A stretch of DNA of 58,788 bases, filler included, from Sluysia triapertura (GCA_046118255.1; 4 parts of 4 records of this genome joined end to end with filler, not necessarily neighbours in it), one strand, 5' to 3'; positions 14,763 through 27,810 are shown, numbered from the whole stretch's first letter. Translations and numbers: made by a program. Notes: generated by a model from the letters alone, not told the origin.

Positions 14763-17063
14763 TATCTTTTCATTAAGCTTTTCTAAAATGACTGGGCGCA
14801 GGTTTCGTGCTTTAAGTGTGCTCTTATTTTTAAAACTAATTACTCTACTTTAGTACTTAAGGCACTTTGATTGATGTTTAGGATTATATTCAATGTAATT
14901 ATTACAAAAAATACAAAATAAGCCAAGAATTACTATATTTCCCTAAACATTTTAATAAAAAGTGTTTATAATAATCATTTTTAGATCATCAAGCACAGAG
15001 AAATTAGTGATTTATGAATAAAACACTTATTATTGTGCAAATAATTTATTGAAATATACAATTTACAAACCACAGATGCTATAAGACATTCACCAGATGT
15101 AACTTCGACATTTACTTGATCGTGAAAGCGATATCGTAGCTTGAATTTTTTCATAAAAACTGTTGCCATAAAGATTAAATGTAGTCACTGATAAGTGTTT
15201 TACATTTTGTAAATGCGAGGAAGATTTTATGATAAATCTTTTCATCTTGATTAATCAATTCTGTTGAACTAACCCTTTTATTATGTATTAAACAATTATT
15301 TGAATTTATAACCGACAAAATATTATTCACAAAACTTGATCTTAACGTCTGACAAGTACTTGTCCTTATCCTATGAGTGGTAAAACTAAAATTTGATTTG
15401 TTTTTATTTTATGAACATTTTTGAACAATTCAACGGTGTAATGAAATAAATTATTGCTTCTGTGCTATTAACAATAATATTTGACATCGAAATAACAAAT
15501 TGTGAACTCTACGCAACACAATCACAAATGCAGTCACCACAAATCAACATTTCTTATAAATAAAATGCTAAACAAGTTACTCAATTCATTCAAAACGTAA
15601 ACACATTCATAATGTATAATTATCATAAGTTATGTTTATTGTTATCATAATTTCTATCACAATAATAATTTTGATAATAATTTTCATATCATCATATCAA
15701 CATCACATTAAACTGCATAATAATTCTGTAATCATTCTAATTTTATAATCGTTATCATTATAACTTTTAATGTTTTCTCCGCTCAATCTCTTCCTGTTTG
15801 TTTTTATGTCTGTGTTTATGTTTATGTTTACACATGTTTATCGTTTCTCACATCTTAATCACTATTATTATCCTGTTCTTATAGTTTTATTACTACGTAG
15901 TTTTCATTATCGCATTAGCAACTTAATACAATTATCTATTCATCGGCAATTTTGTGCAATAATTAATTCTCGAAATAAATATCAAGGTGATAAAAAAACG
16001 TGTCATAATACCAGTAAATTTACAATTATAATTCAAGTGCGCGGTGAAGAAGTTACTTGGAAAGATAATGCTTTTACCATTACAGAAACTGAGGAAATAA
16101 CATGCAAAATTGATATGACGATATCTATACTTCACGTTATTTTTGCACAACAAACCTATTAGTTCACCTAAATATAAAGCTGAAACTAGCAGCGAAAATG
16201 TAAATACTTATGTTTCATGTTCATATCAAAAAATGTATACAACACCAGTTTTGCTACTTGTTAATGAAAAACAAATTTTAAATTGGGATTTAATCAATCC
16301 TCCTTAGAAACCCAATACCACATTGAAAGTTTTATAATCGATTGTTTCGGAAATAAATGAAATCATTATACCTTTTCTGTGAACTTCTTTCCGAACAATT
16401 AAAATATAAACGAGAAAGAGAAAGCGAATTCAATTAATATCTATAATGAATATATTTTTACCAAAACAATATAGTGATCCTGAATGATAAAAATAATTCT
16501 GTTTTGTCAGCAAGAGTACCAAGTAGCGATTATTCTAGAGGTAATACAACAGCCGTAATAAGACTAAATTCATACCAAGGATAGTCACAAACAAATAAGA
16601 ATAAATCATCAAAGCGCAACCTTAAGATAATAATAATTCAAGAACATCGACGTCGTGTATTAAAAGAAGATATAGTGATATTTCTTCTGATATCAGTAAA
16701 ACGGAAACATCAAAAGATGCTATAAATTTGTCAATAGAAAAAAACCTAGTCTACAGTAATCCTAGCTCTCTTCAAAAATAAACTTCTGATTCATCACTGC
16801 GTAACGATAAAATCTGTGCAGAATACAGTAAAGACCATGTCCTGAAATAACTTAATAAACATGAAAATACAAAAACTAATCAAAATACATAAAGCAGACA
16901 ATATAAAGGCTCATAAAGCATCGGAGGAAACGGCTATGAGTAAAACAAATCAATCTAGTACTAATAGAGTTATTTTTTTGTACAGCTCAGTTAATGAACC
17001 AATATTCTTCTAGTATTTCTTCTATATACTTCTTCTAATTCTTCTAAAATATAAATTAAGCAA

Positions 17064-17065
<2 letters not shown>

Positions 17066-17114
<49 letters not shown>
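17066..17114. repeat. (AAT)n microsatellite
   Basis: Direct reading. Confidence 0.95.
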
Positions 17115-17115
<1 letters not shown>

Positions 17116-18960
17116 TAATATTAATAAAAATTCATAGCAATAAATTAGTCAATAGTCCAAATATTTGTGTATATGCTTAAAAATTCTATTTATGTAAATG
17201 CTTAAAACGTCAAGTTCAATAACCTTTGAATTGGTATCTTCATGAGCATCAATTTAATATATACTTTACTTATATTTAAACATCGGAATATTTAACTTTA
17301 ATTTTAAATTATAAAAACTAATTAATATAACTAATTTTTACGTTACGTATGTTGACGTGCTTCGTAACCCTTAATCATAAGAATACTAATAACACTCGCC
17401 ATTGTATACCAATAGTACACTATACTAATTCTAATATTAATTTGTCCATGAGTAAACATTTTTCATTAAGCTATCAAATTAATTTAATTAATTAACAAAT
17501 GTACTATAGTATTTTAACAAATAAAACCTTAGAAATGGTTATATCTTCGTATCCTTCGTTTTGATTCAAATATTTTATACGCTTATTTTGTTATTACAAT
17601 TCATCATAATTCCTCAATGATGTTTATTTTATTCTATTATCATGAGTCATATCCCTTATATTTCTCCTTGTCCCTAGCTAATCCCAACATATACATAAAC
17701 GCAATATCTTCTAATATAAATTAAAATTAAAATTATAGAAAATAAATATAATTGTGCATTTTTATTAAATTATTTCGTTAAAATGTTTAATATTTATGTT
17801 AAACATTAATTTTTTATCAATATTAAAAGGCATACAGTAAAATGAAACTACTAAATCATTCACAAGTCAAAACAACTTGTAAGAAACTATTAGAATGTTT
17901 TGATAGTGGCGCATTACTTGACTGATTGACAACACTATTATTATAAAATAAGTTATTGAAATATCATCTAGTAGTATAATGTAATACAGATCTGCAATCA
18001 ATCTAATGGCATCATAAACAAAAGCTTAAAATAGTTCCTCAGACTTTCTTCTAGTACAATTGTAAGAATTTTCTTTGAACATTACAATCTATAAATTCAT
18101 AAATAATGAATATAAAGCCACAATTACAATGAGTTCTTAAGACTATTAGTTGAATCAGTATTAGTTTTACTGGAATTTATTGAATCTTTATTTTCCCCAT
18201 CCTGTTTTCTTAATTAGCAAAATCATCATCGACGTCATATTTTGGCGTTAAATGATCATCAAAAGATTCTGAAGTTTCAGTATTATTTTCATGAGATCCA
18301 CTACTTCAACACTAATCTTCTAATGTGGTTAGAACTTTTACATTGTCGCGTTCCTCTTCTGATTTTGTTAATAAAACCAAATGTTTTACTACTGTTGCAT
18401 ATGTTCTATCACAACCATTCGATTCCTGCCACTTTCTGAAAGAAACTGATGCATCTACGTAAGCTGCTGAATTGCTGTTAGATTCATTTAGCATTTATAT
18501 TACACTGAACAGTTTTATACTAAATATTATTACACTGATCAGATATTACACTGAATAATTCTAACATTTGGAGTTTGATTCCATCTTTCTGAAGACAATT
18601 CCTTATTGTATGGATTGTGGTGGCCCAACTCATTATCCTAAATTTCGTTATTCATAATACATCAACATAAACAACTGCTCAACCATATAAAATTTAAATC
18701 ACTTAGTACATTAAAATTCACTAAACTCATATTAAAAAATAAAAATTCTAGTGTTTTTCTTAACTTAAATCTATACACTGCAAATTATCTGAGAAGTCTG
18801 TCCGCCTAATATATACGCTTTACATCACTATTGGAGACCTACTATTAGGTTTTCTTAAATATATTAACTAACTGTTTACTTCGAATTAACTTTTAATTAC
18901 TTCGTACCACAACCATTTACTAGGCGTTGTTCAAATAAAGCTTTATATTTTACAAATTGC

Positions 18961-19101
18961 GCAACCGGTATTAAGGTGTTGCTTTGAAAATATATTAGTA
19001 TTTTAGGAAATTACGCAACCCGTATTAAGGTGTTGCTTTTTAAAAACTCTTCGATGAATTTATATATTACAGAACCAGTATTAAGGTGTTGCTTTTGAAA
19101 A
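18961..19101. repeat. Three spaced direct repeats, core GTATTAAGGTGTTGCTTT
   Basis: Cores at 18968, 19022 and 19078 (spacing 54 and 56 nt) with variable AT-rich spacers. Confidence 0.9.
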
Positions 19102-19165
19102 TGAATTTTAGATTAATAAAGAAAAATTACTCAGACGACGTAAAATATATTACAATGGCGTTAAG

Positions 19166-19240
19166 CTCCTGACACCATTTTGTAGAGTTGGTTTCTTGAC
19201 ACCATTTTGTAGTGTTGTACTCATGATACCAATTTGGAGT
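19166..19240 (-). repeat. 27-nt-period triplication of an LTR-end/PBS unit
   Basis: CTCCTGACACCA (19166-77), TTCTTGACACCA (19193-204) and CTCATGATACCA (19220-31), each followed by (T/A)TTTG. Confidence 0.85.
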
Positions 19241-20563
19241 ATTACTATTATTGTAAAAGGTCTTAGATGGATAAATAATTAGGTATAAATGTAATGATTT
19301 AACTACTTTTAGTCTTTTGTCATTTAATATTAATATTAGCTCAGAGTTTAAACATATATATGTCGAAAATTTCGTTTGCTAGAAAGTTGAGGGCAAAATA
19401 ATTTTTAAAAGATACAATTCTTTTAAATTTAGTAATATTGATAAAAAAGAAAGTATTCATAAAACACGAATAATTTATTAATTTGTTTATGAAAGTTAGA
19501 TAAATACGAAGCTGAATCTTTATATTCGAAATTTTTGTACTGCATCCTCCGGAATAACATTGAAATCCAAACTGGAATCTAATCTGAAATAAGACACGAA
19601 ATTAAAAAATATATAAATCAAAGGAATAAAACTTAACTGTTATTTTTTGGGAATATCGAAGAAATTCTAGTTTCGACGTGATTTGGTTCTTACAAACAGT
19701 TTCCAAATTAAAATTTTCCGAAAGGGAATTAGATGATAAGCAAGCTGTCTCCGGTTTTGAATCGACATTCATATGGGGTTTGATGATGTTGTAGAAGTTG
19801 ATTTTGAATAGTATTTTGAATGATGTTTTGAAATTAAATTTTTAAACTGAATATTTGTTTTTAATGTATAAGCTGGATTTGAGGGCGTTTTATTAATTTT
19901 ATCGCGAAAGATAATGTTAAACGATAGCTTAAGAATTGAGAATGCATATGACGATTTTAACGGACAATTATTTGATCTAAAGTTTAGTATTTGGTCGTTC
20001 GGTACTTTTTTGCTTTATTAAATTTAACTGTCATGACACTTTTTATCTTATGAATTTTATAGTAATATTTAGAGTTAATGAAATAGTAATAAATATTGAA
20101 TCGATATTTTAAGTTAATCTTTATAATATACTTCATCTTTATAATCTTAGTAGAAATTTGAACATAAAACTGAAAGATTAAAATCGAGGTTTTAATATAA
20201 AAATTTATTGTTGAACAAACAAAATTTTCAACACAACGTTTTATTTCACAAATTTTAAAAAATTGGGAATTAACAACGACTACATCATAACGATCTTTGT
20301 ATCCAATTTGCCAACATTTCATCATCCAGCAATTCCTATGATCAACTAAAAAGTAGTTATATAAACAAATAAATTTGAAACTAACAAACTCGAAGTTATA
20401 TAGAAATGTATAAAAATTTACCGTGATCTCATTTACATCCTTGAGTAATGCTAAGACATAATGCGACTTAAATTCTGGTTGATTACATTAATGTAGTGGT
20501 TATCATGTTCGACTCCAACTAACTTGCGAACATCCGTCGGCATATTTACCACTTTATCAATTA

Positions 20564-20663
20564 NNNNNNNNNNNNNNNNNNNNNNNNNNNNNNNNNNNNN
20601 NNNNNNNTTAATTAATTAANNNNNNNNNNNNNNNNNNNNNNNNNNNNNNNNNNNNNNNNNNNN
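20564..20663. other. Artificial contig linker 44N-TTAATTAATTAA-44N
   Basis: Exactly 100 nt with a six-frame stop spacer; identical structure at 34720 and 45689. Confidence 0.98.
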
Positions 20664-21646
20664 AAAACCGAAAGCCGGACATTTCATTGTAAATTTATCT
20701 AAATTGAATTTAGACAACAATAATGTAACATTTATTGTGTTATTGAAAGAAAAAGAAAGTATTTATTTTCAAACGGGTCTTAATATTGAAGATGTCGACA
20801 CAGTTTATGTATATAACTCAAACAAAATTTATAATGAATTGTCCAGAGTTCGACAAACGAATACCATCTTCTTTAGCCAAATATTTTATCCGTCGTTGAT
20901 CAACTTGTTCTTATTATTATGCTTGTTATATAAATTAATATATTGTGTTGATTATGTTTTCGTAAAGTTTATATTAGTTGTTAATTCGGGTATTAAGCCC
21001 TTTTTGTTAATGTTTAACCTTATTAATTATTTTCATTTAAACGTTTCTAATGTTTTTAAAAGAAAAAAATATCAAGTTATTAATAGTAAAGTAAAGTATA
21101 TGAAATCACCCACCGCTCTTCATAAGTAATAGTTTATTCGTGTTTTATTTATTAAATAGTATTGTTAATTTATTATAAAAAAAATATGAGGTATCTGATA
21201 CTTTTGAAACAGGGTATATTTATGCTGCGTAAATAAGCCAAAATTATGCTCATAAATAACTTAATTTAGAGGTATGAGATCGGCAAATAAGTGTAAATTT
21301 TCTAGGATGAAAATCAATGGAATCTTACACATGTTAATAATTCACTTAAAAAATGCTTGTAAGCAGGATAGTTCGAAGAAAATATTTAAATTTTATTGAA
21401 ATGTAAGATTCTGAGAATAGAAAATATCTAAAAATTGAGTTATAAATTATTAAATAAGTACATTAAGCAGTCGCGTACCAAGGTGGTGTCCTTACCACCC
21501 CCCTTTGTTCTACCATTGACATTAAGTATTATTTTATAAAAGAACTTAAACTAAATTTATAAAATGATATAGACAGTTACTAAAGGTGGTTTAGATGTTA
21601 GTATGGATAATAAACATTTTATAAAAATTATAAATATCAAACTAAC

Positions 21647-21879
21647 TAATCCCCAAATGTTTTAAATACTTCAGAAATATATTCTTTCGTGGCTAATTCA
21701 AGTTTCTTTTTTGAATTTTCCGTCAATTTGAAAATTCTTATTGTATCGTTTGTTGAATAACGCTTGAATCCTTTTCTATGATTAACCAAAGTATAATTTT
21801 CTCTAACCAAGTGGCATTTTGATTCAGGAACTTCAATTAAAAGTTCAGAAGATGTAGCAGGAGTTATTAGAGACACTTC
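21647..21879 (-). CDS. MSH6: MSH6-like exon G (lever/clamp region)
   Basis: EVSLITPATSSELLIEVPESK...YTLVNHRKGFKRYSTNDT...; AG/GT flanks, phase 0 to 2. Confidence 0.85.
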
Positions 21880-22470
21880 CTACAAATAAAAAGAAATTGA
21901 AAAGAAAATATGTATGCAATTTTCTTTACCATATTTTAAATTAATATTTCGTAATGATATTTAACAAATCTCAAATCGTTGTTTCCTACTAAAACAGGTA
22001 CTAAAATAATGGATCTATAATTATATAATTTAATTAATTTTGTTTTATTTTTTGCAGATGTATTGGTTATAAAACAAACCACTGTCCTTTAAATTTTATT
22101 AAAACTAAATTTATAAGTAAATTAAACGCGTTAACTCGCTAAAAAAATAGTTTCGAATTCTTGAAAATGCATGCGTTTTGCCTTAATATTAAATAAAATG
22201 ACCTGTGGCAGCCTAAATATTTTTCAGTGACCTCGACATCAAGGTAAAGAGGAAATAATTCTAGTTAGAATTACTGAAAATGTACAACCTATGCATTTGT
22301 AAAATTAAAAAGCTCCTATAATTTTGGAATTTTCATTCCCAAGAAATTGAAAACATTAATATTTTCTGTTATTATTACAATATATAACGTGGACAAAATT
22401 CATCATCGTCATCATCATCATTATTATTATTATTATCATTATTATTATTATTTAACCAAAAAATACTTAC

Positions 22471-22530
22471 ATCACTTTGGAAGAAGCTTTTCTGAATTTC
22501 TAAGTATCTTTGTTTTTCTCTTTCCATAAG
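22471..22530 (-). CDS. MSH6: MSH6-like exon F
   Basis: LMEREKQRYLEIQKSFFQSD; 60 nt, phase 0/0; preceded by a 34-nt GT-AG intron. Confidence 0.8.
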
Positions 22531-22564
22531 CTAAAATATAATAATAGAATAATAGATTAAATAC

Positions 22565-22660
22565 CTTCACTGTAGCTAAAGCTTCATCATAACAATTGTC
22601 AACTTTTTCAATTGGAATGATATTATTTTCTTTTCTGGCAATATCAAAATCGAATAATTT
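22565..22660 (-). CDS. MSH6: MSH6-like exon E
   Basis: KLFDFDIARKENNIIPIEKVDNCYDEALATVK (compare the MSH6 pattern FD...A...G.I.P..G.D..YD.A); 96 nt, phase 0/0. Confidence 0.88.
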
Positions 22661-23253
22661 CTGAAATACAATTTAAGTATATATGAATTATTTTTGAAGT
22701 ATAAACCAAAAACATATAATTTATTAATTATTTTGCAAAACAAAAATTATTCTACAAATTTATGAAATCAATAAATTGACTGTCACTTCAAAATCAATTC
22801 GAAGAGAAAAAATCAAATGTTACTAATATGCAAAAAAAATTTGTTATACTTATTTACAGTAAAGAGGATTTTTATTTATAGATTAAAATAAAATTGAAAT
22901 TGATAATGGAATTTTAAATAAGCATTTGATCAATTAAATGACTAAGTTAATACAAGCAGTGCATAAAATTTAGACTGCATTGACAACACATTTACAAACA
23001 GTAAAGAAAGACTGAATATCATCTGACTTTTTTCATCTATCGTGAAAAATCTTCAATATTCGTTCCTTCTACTTCTATAGATTTGGCCACTTTTGTTTGC
23101 AGAATTGAAATAGTACCACGTGATATCAATCTTCATTTGTCGTGTGGCAGTCAAAAAGTGAAAAAAATAAATCTAAAAACACTTTATACCATATTTTCTT
23201 GCAAAGTTTCACGAAAGTTTTTCAATAAAAACTATAGGATATCATTTTAATAT

Positions 23254-23293
<40 letters not shown>

Positions 23294-23879
23294 TTAATTA
23301 TTTAATAAAATCATTTATTTATTATCTAATTCATTATCAGCATAATCTATTAAAATCTAACCGAAAATTCTGTTAGTTCGTCATATAAATTCTTGAAAGG
23401 GTGAAATATGCACACAAAATTACTGACTAATTATCGACAAATTTAAGAAATAATTTTCTTCCAAAATAATATTACTGAACTCTTATAAAAGCCCACTAAA
23501 CCATGATTCTTAAATAAGCGTATTATAATGTTATGTACATAATCAAATTCAACCTATTACCTAATTAGAACCCAAATACTCTAAAACTTCTAATAATTTC
23601 TCATAGGTATTTATTTTTTTCACGTATAATTTAGACGCCTGGTTAATTATTGGAAGGTATTTTTATTCATTGTTTTCAGATCGTGCAAACTCTGATAACT
23701 CTTGTTCCGACATTAATTCAATAAATTGATAATTTTTTCAAGAAATAACAACTCACATACATACTCTTAGTGGAACCAAAGGTACTTAGATGGGTGATTA
23801 TTTTACTTTATTATTTTATTAAAAATAAGGATTGAGGAATTATTGGAAATTCTAGATTAATTAAAGTAAATGAAACTAC

Positions 23880-24117
23880 TTTTAATGTATTTATAGTTTT
23901 TTCCAACTTCGGATAAATGATGTGAAATCTAGCAGATACTGATTTGTAGTCTATACAAGTGATGATCTCATTGTAGATTTTAAAACCAGTTTCAAATCCA
24001 TCAATTGCAGCCATGAAATCAACAATTTGACGTTTTTTATAAATACCAGAATCGTACATAATTGCTCGAGAATTTGGATGGTCTTCTAATGACAAACTTA
24101 CAGAAAGTGAATGTATT
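23880..24117 (-). CDS. MSH6: MSH6-like exon D
   Basis: IHSL...DHPNSRAIMYDSGIYKKRQIVDFMAAIDGF matches the MSH6-specific HPDSRAIMYE..YSKKKI.DF motif; phase 2 to 0. Confidence 0.92.
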
Positions 24118-24714
24118 CTAAATGCAACAATTACAAATATTCTGATCAAGTAAAATAATGTAATAATATAAGTTAATAATACTAAATTTAGACAAAATAT
24201 TCATGTTAAAAAGAAACTAGCGTGTTTTGAGTTCTACAACATACACAAACACTTAATGTATAAAAGCAATGAAAATGTTTAATGATAACAATATTATGAT
24301 CATTTACAGTAATTAAAATAAGCTCTTAAAATAATCTGTGTCATAAACTTGAATTTATAAAATATATAAAATGTACCTTATTTAATACGGGTTTTAAAAC
24401 ATCATTCTATGAAAATAAATGATAGTTTTACTTCTAAGTACAAAATACTTTACTTCTAATGCAAAGTACAAATCATAAAATAGTGATTAATTACGGGATA
24501 TTTTCACTTAAATATGGAATGATTTGATGTATTAAATAAAGCTTCTTCTTGCTTAAAAAGTACTTAATAAAATTGCATAAATAAAGCGAAATTTTAGTTA
24601 CACTAGATATAGGAGAAACTTCGGGCAGGTTAATCTAAGTGAATCTAAGCGATAATAATGAAGCGCTTTAAAAAATTTAGATTTAAAATAGTACATCCAT
24701 TTTTCTATATATTA

Positions 24715-24715
<1 letters not shown>

Positions 24716-24758
<43 letters not shown>
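24716..24758. repeat. (AAT)n microsatellite
   Basis: Direct reading. Confidence 0.95.
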
Positions 24759-24761
<3 letters not shown>

Positions 24762-25333
24762 CTAATTTTATACATAGTTGGTAAAATACAGATTTGCTGA
24801 GATTACTGCTTTCTCTAGATGTTAGTTTCTGTAGTTAAAGAACACATGCTTATTATGAATTTCAATTGTCTTGTAATGATGTTTAACTGCAGCTTTTAAA
24901 TTGGAAACATCCTTGTGTTGATCATAAAATAAAAGAACTTTTATATATACGTTGACGCATACTTAACATAGAACTATTGATATTTCATTAATAAAAGAAT
25001 TAGTATTTGTAAATCTATCTTATGACTTAGCGGCTTTTCAATAGAAACCTCTTATTTGTTAATCGCAGCTGCAATAAAACGACTTTTACAAGATTTGTCA
25101 ATGTCACACAAAATAAACTAATATGATGGCGATGATATTCCGTACAGCAAAAGTGATCATTAACCTTTCTGATTAATAATATGAAAAATGACAAATTTTT
25201 TATATTAAAATGATAATTTTAGATGCAATTCTATTTCTTTCCGAAGTAGTTTTAAATCAATTTCTAAAATTATGAAATTTATATAATTTTTCATTAAATT
25301 TTTGATTATATCGATTTTATAAAGGGCCCAGGT

Positions 25334-25492
25334 NNNNNNNNNNNNNNNNNNNNNNNNNNNNNNNNNNNNNNNNNNNNNNNNNNNNNNNNNNNNNNNNNNN
25401 NNNNNNNNNNNNNNNNNNNNNNNNNNNNNNNNNNNNNNNNNNNNNNNNNNNNNNNNNNNNNNNNNNNNNNNNNNNNNNNNNNNNNNNNNNNN
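25334..25492. other. Scaffold gap (N run)
   Basis: N run. Confidence 0.99.
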
Positions 25493-26863
25493 TAATATTA
25501 TGTATATGATTAACTTCTCCTAACTTCTTATCTTCTTAAAGAATCGCTTGAAATTCATTGCCTTGAATATTACTAGCTCTTTGTTTTAGAATGTGCCCTA
25601 AATTTATTTAGTAAAAGTTATATGAAATATTATATGTTTGACTTAAAATGATCTTTGTATAATATGCTTGACTGACTTGAAATTAACGAGTAACTCGATG
25701 GATTAAATAGTTTATTAAGGTTTGAATGTAAAAAGGAGCATTCTAGGATTTAAAAAATAAACGCAGTCCCAAGATGAGTCCGGTGAATCAAATTGTAATT
25801 TAAAGAGACTAAGATTATTATATAATTTAGGTTAAGAGGTGATTGTGTCATACACTGCAACTGTGTTTGAAATATAGTAAACATAATGTGAAATGAAATT
25901 CAAAGATATATACAAGAATGCAAAAAATGCAGTGTTTTTAATTAGTTTAAAATTTTATTAGGAATAAACCTGTACATTGTGTAGTGGACCACAACAAATT
26001 TAGTTAATGGTTATATTATAGAATGATATTAAAATAAAACTCGCAATAATTCAAAACAAAGGTTTTAAAATCCAAAAATGGGAATTTAGTCGACACCAAA
26101 AATAGTTCAATAAGAATGTGGAATGGTATTTATCTCATCCAATTAGCTAGAATGAAAAGCTACATATTTAACATAAATACCAAAAAAAATGATAAACTAA
26201 AACTAACTTGGCGAATGATAATGTATAACAATATTGTGTAGCCAGAAACTACTTTATATTTGTGGTATTGATTTGGTCATTGTAAAATATCTGTATATAT
26301 ATGTCCATACTCAAAGAATTCTTCATCATTTCTTTGATTGTTACTAATCTTGTAATAAGATTTACTATTTATAAGGATTGCAGTAAGGTTACTATCTTAG
26401 TAATTCAAATGTATACCGTGATATCTTAAAAGAATTGCACTGCGATTATTGTATTTGATATTAAAACAAAGTTATGGAATGATTGGTATTGAACGTTGTT
26501 AAGTACTTAGTGATGTGAAATGGTAAGTTTCGATATTTAATTGTGAAAATATTTTTGTATTAAATCATATTTTACTATGCTATTGTTTGAATTAAAATTG
26601 TGATAGTTTGTGTGATAAGCAAAAGGTTGTACGAAATGCGATGGGTTTGAAGTTGAATGTAATATTTTGTATAATAAGAGCTATTAAAAGTATAAATTAA
26701 TAATCGAGTTTAAAGTGAAACTAAAATGTATAGTAATTTTATTAATGATCAAAGTAATAATTTAGGCTGTTTACTTTATCCTAAGTTCTGATTTTGCTGA
26801 TTTTGTTTACTGGTTTTGACTATTTGATTGTTTATGAATGTTTTTATGTAGTGAGCCACCACA
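25493..26863 (-). mobile_element. LTR fragments related to the Gypsy LTRs, inside an MSH6 intron
   Basis: Minus strand begins TGTGGTGGCTCACTACA (26863), with a second start TGTTGTGGTCCACTACA (25996). Same C/A skew as the Gypsy LTRs. AAAACAATCAAATAGTCAAAACCAG resembles AAAACATCAAATAGACAAACCAG at ~57488. Confidence 0.55.
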
Positions 26864-26890
26864 ATTTATATATATTTAAAAATTAATAAC

Positions 26891-27053
26891 TTCGATAATA
26901 GTTTTTCCAAATCCGGAATACTTCTCATCATCTGCTTAATATTTCCCAGTTTTGAATCTGCTTCCATAAGAGCTTCTATCATTTTCTGCCGTTTTATTAT
27001 ATCTTTTGGATCGCATAAAGGATTAGTAACCCATTGAATTAAACAACGACGAC
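26891..27053 (-). CDS. MSH6: MSH6-like exon C (core domain III)
   Basis: GRRCLIQWVTNPLCDPKDIIKRQKMIEAL...IPDLEKLLSK; phase 1 to 2. Confidence 0.92.
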
Positions 27054-27059
27054 CTGTGC

Positions 27060-27090
<31 letters not shown>

Positions 27091-27747
27091 TGTAACAAAA
27101 ATATTTTTACATTTATTATTTTAATCAAATTTTAAATATCTTGTATTTATTACTCTTCTTATTTTATTGTTGTAATACAATTACTTGAATTGTCATAAAA
27201 ATCGTTACCATTTAACTTTCAAATAGACTTTTAACTTTGGTTAATTAGAGCGGTTTATTAATTAGTCTTACTACCAAAGAAGTTCGAAAGTAGTATAGAA
27301 AAATAATTCAACTCTCAACTCTCAACTCCCTATACTCAAAGATGAATTAAACTCTTAACACACGAAGTAAAAAAATAAAATTTTAATTCATCACAATTAA
27401 TACATTAATTATTTATCACAAGTATAGAACAAATTGTGTAGCACAAGTCGAAAATTCCACTTTATAAAATATATGTTACAGTCAATAAATTCTTCAATTC
27501 TATTATACAATATTTTTATGAATGAGACAATTTCTTTCTGTAGACGCAATCTTATAAATTATTTTAATTAAGTGTGACAACTTTTACTCCGTACTTTCAT
27601 TCTATTCTTCCTTTTATTTACTTCTTAAATTAATTGCATATATCATACTTTTCTTTCTTAATATCAAAACTTTTAAGATGTTTCTTTTGAGGCTACTTCA
27701 ATTACTGAAATAAGTGCATTTTATTTTGAGTTATAAAATTATTTCGC

Positions 27748-27748
<1 letters not shown>

Positions 27749-27810
<62 letters not shown>
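27749..27810. repeat. (AAT)n microsatellite
   Basis: Direct reading. Confidence 0.95.

Larger units (their letters stand above)
18000..19240 (-). mobile_element. Decayed LTR-retrotransposon 5' internal region (PBS, leader repeats, broken ORF)
   Basis: Minus-strand PBS TGGTGTCAGGAG at 19177-19166 is identical to the PBS of the Gypsy element at 51061. Downstream are leader repeats and a broken hydrophilic ORF (18494-~18100). Boundaries approximate. Confidence 0.5.

Noticed and set aside
14981-15250. Possible retroviral-type protease relic (VEVTSGECL)
   Set aside because: No intact D-[ST]-G motif; the resemblance is too weak.
18961-19101. CRISPR array
   Set aside because: Only three imperfect repeats with mutually similar AT-rich spacers, no cas genes, and a eukaryotic intron-containing context.
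19984-20325. MMKCWQIGYKDR as a tyrosine-kinase C-terminal motif
   Set aside because: No other kinase motifs nearby; another frame (ELLDDEMLANWIQRSL*) fits a candidate splice equally well, and neither is supportable.
20608-20619. TTAATTAATTAA as a biological repeat or piggyBac target
   Set aside because: The identical 44N-12-44N format occurs three times, indicating an artificial six-frame-stop linker.
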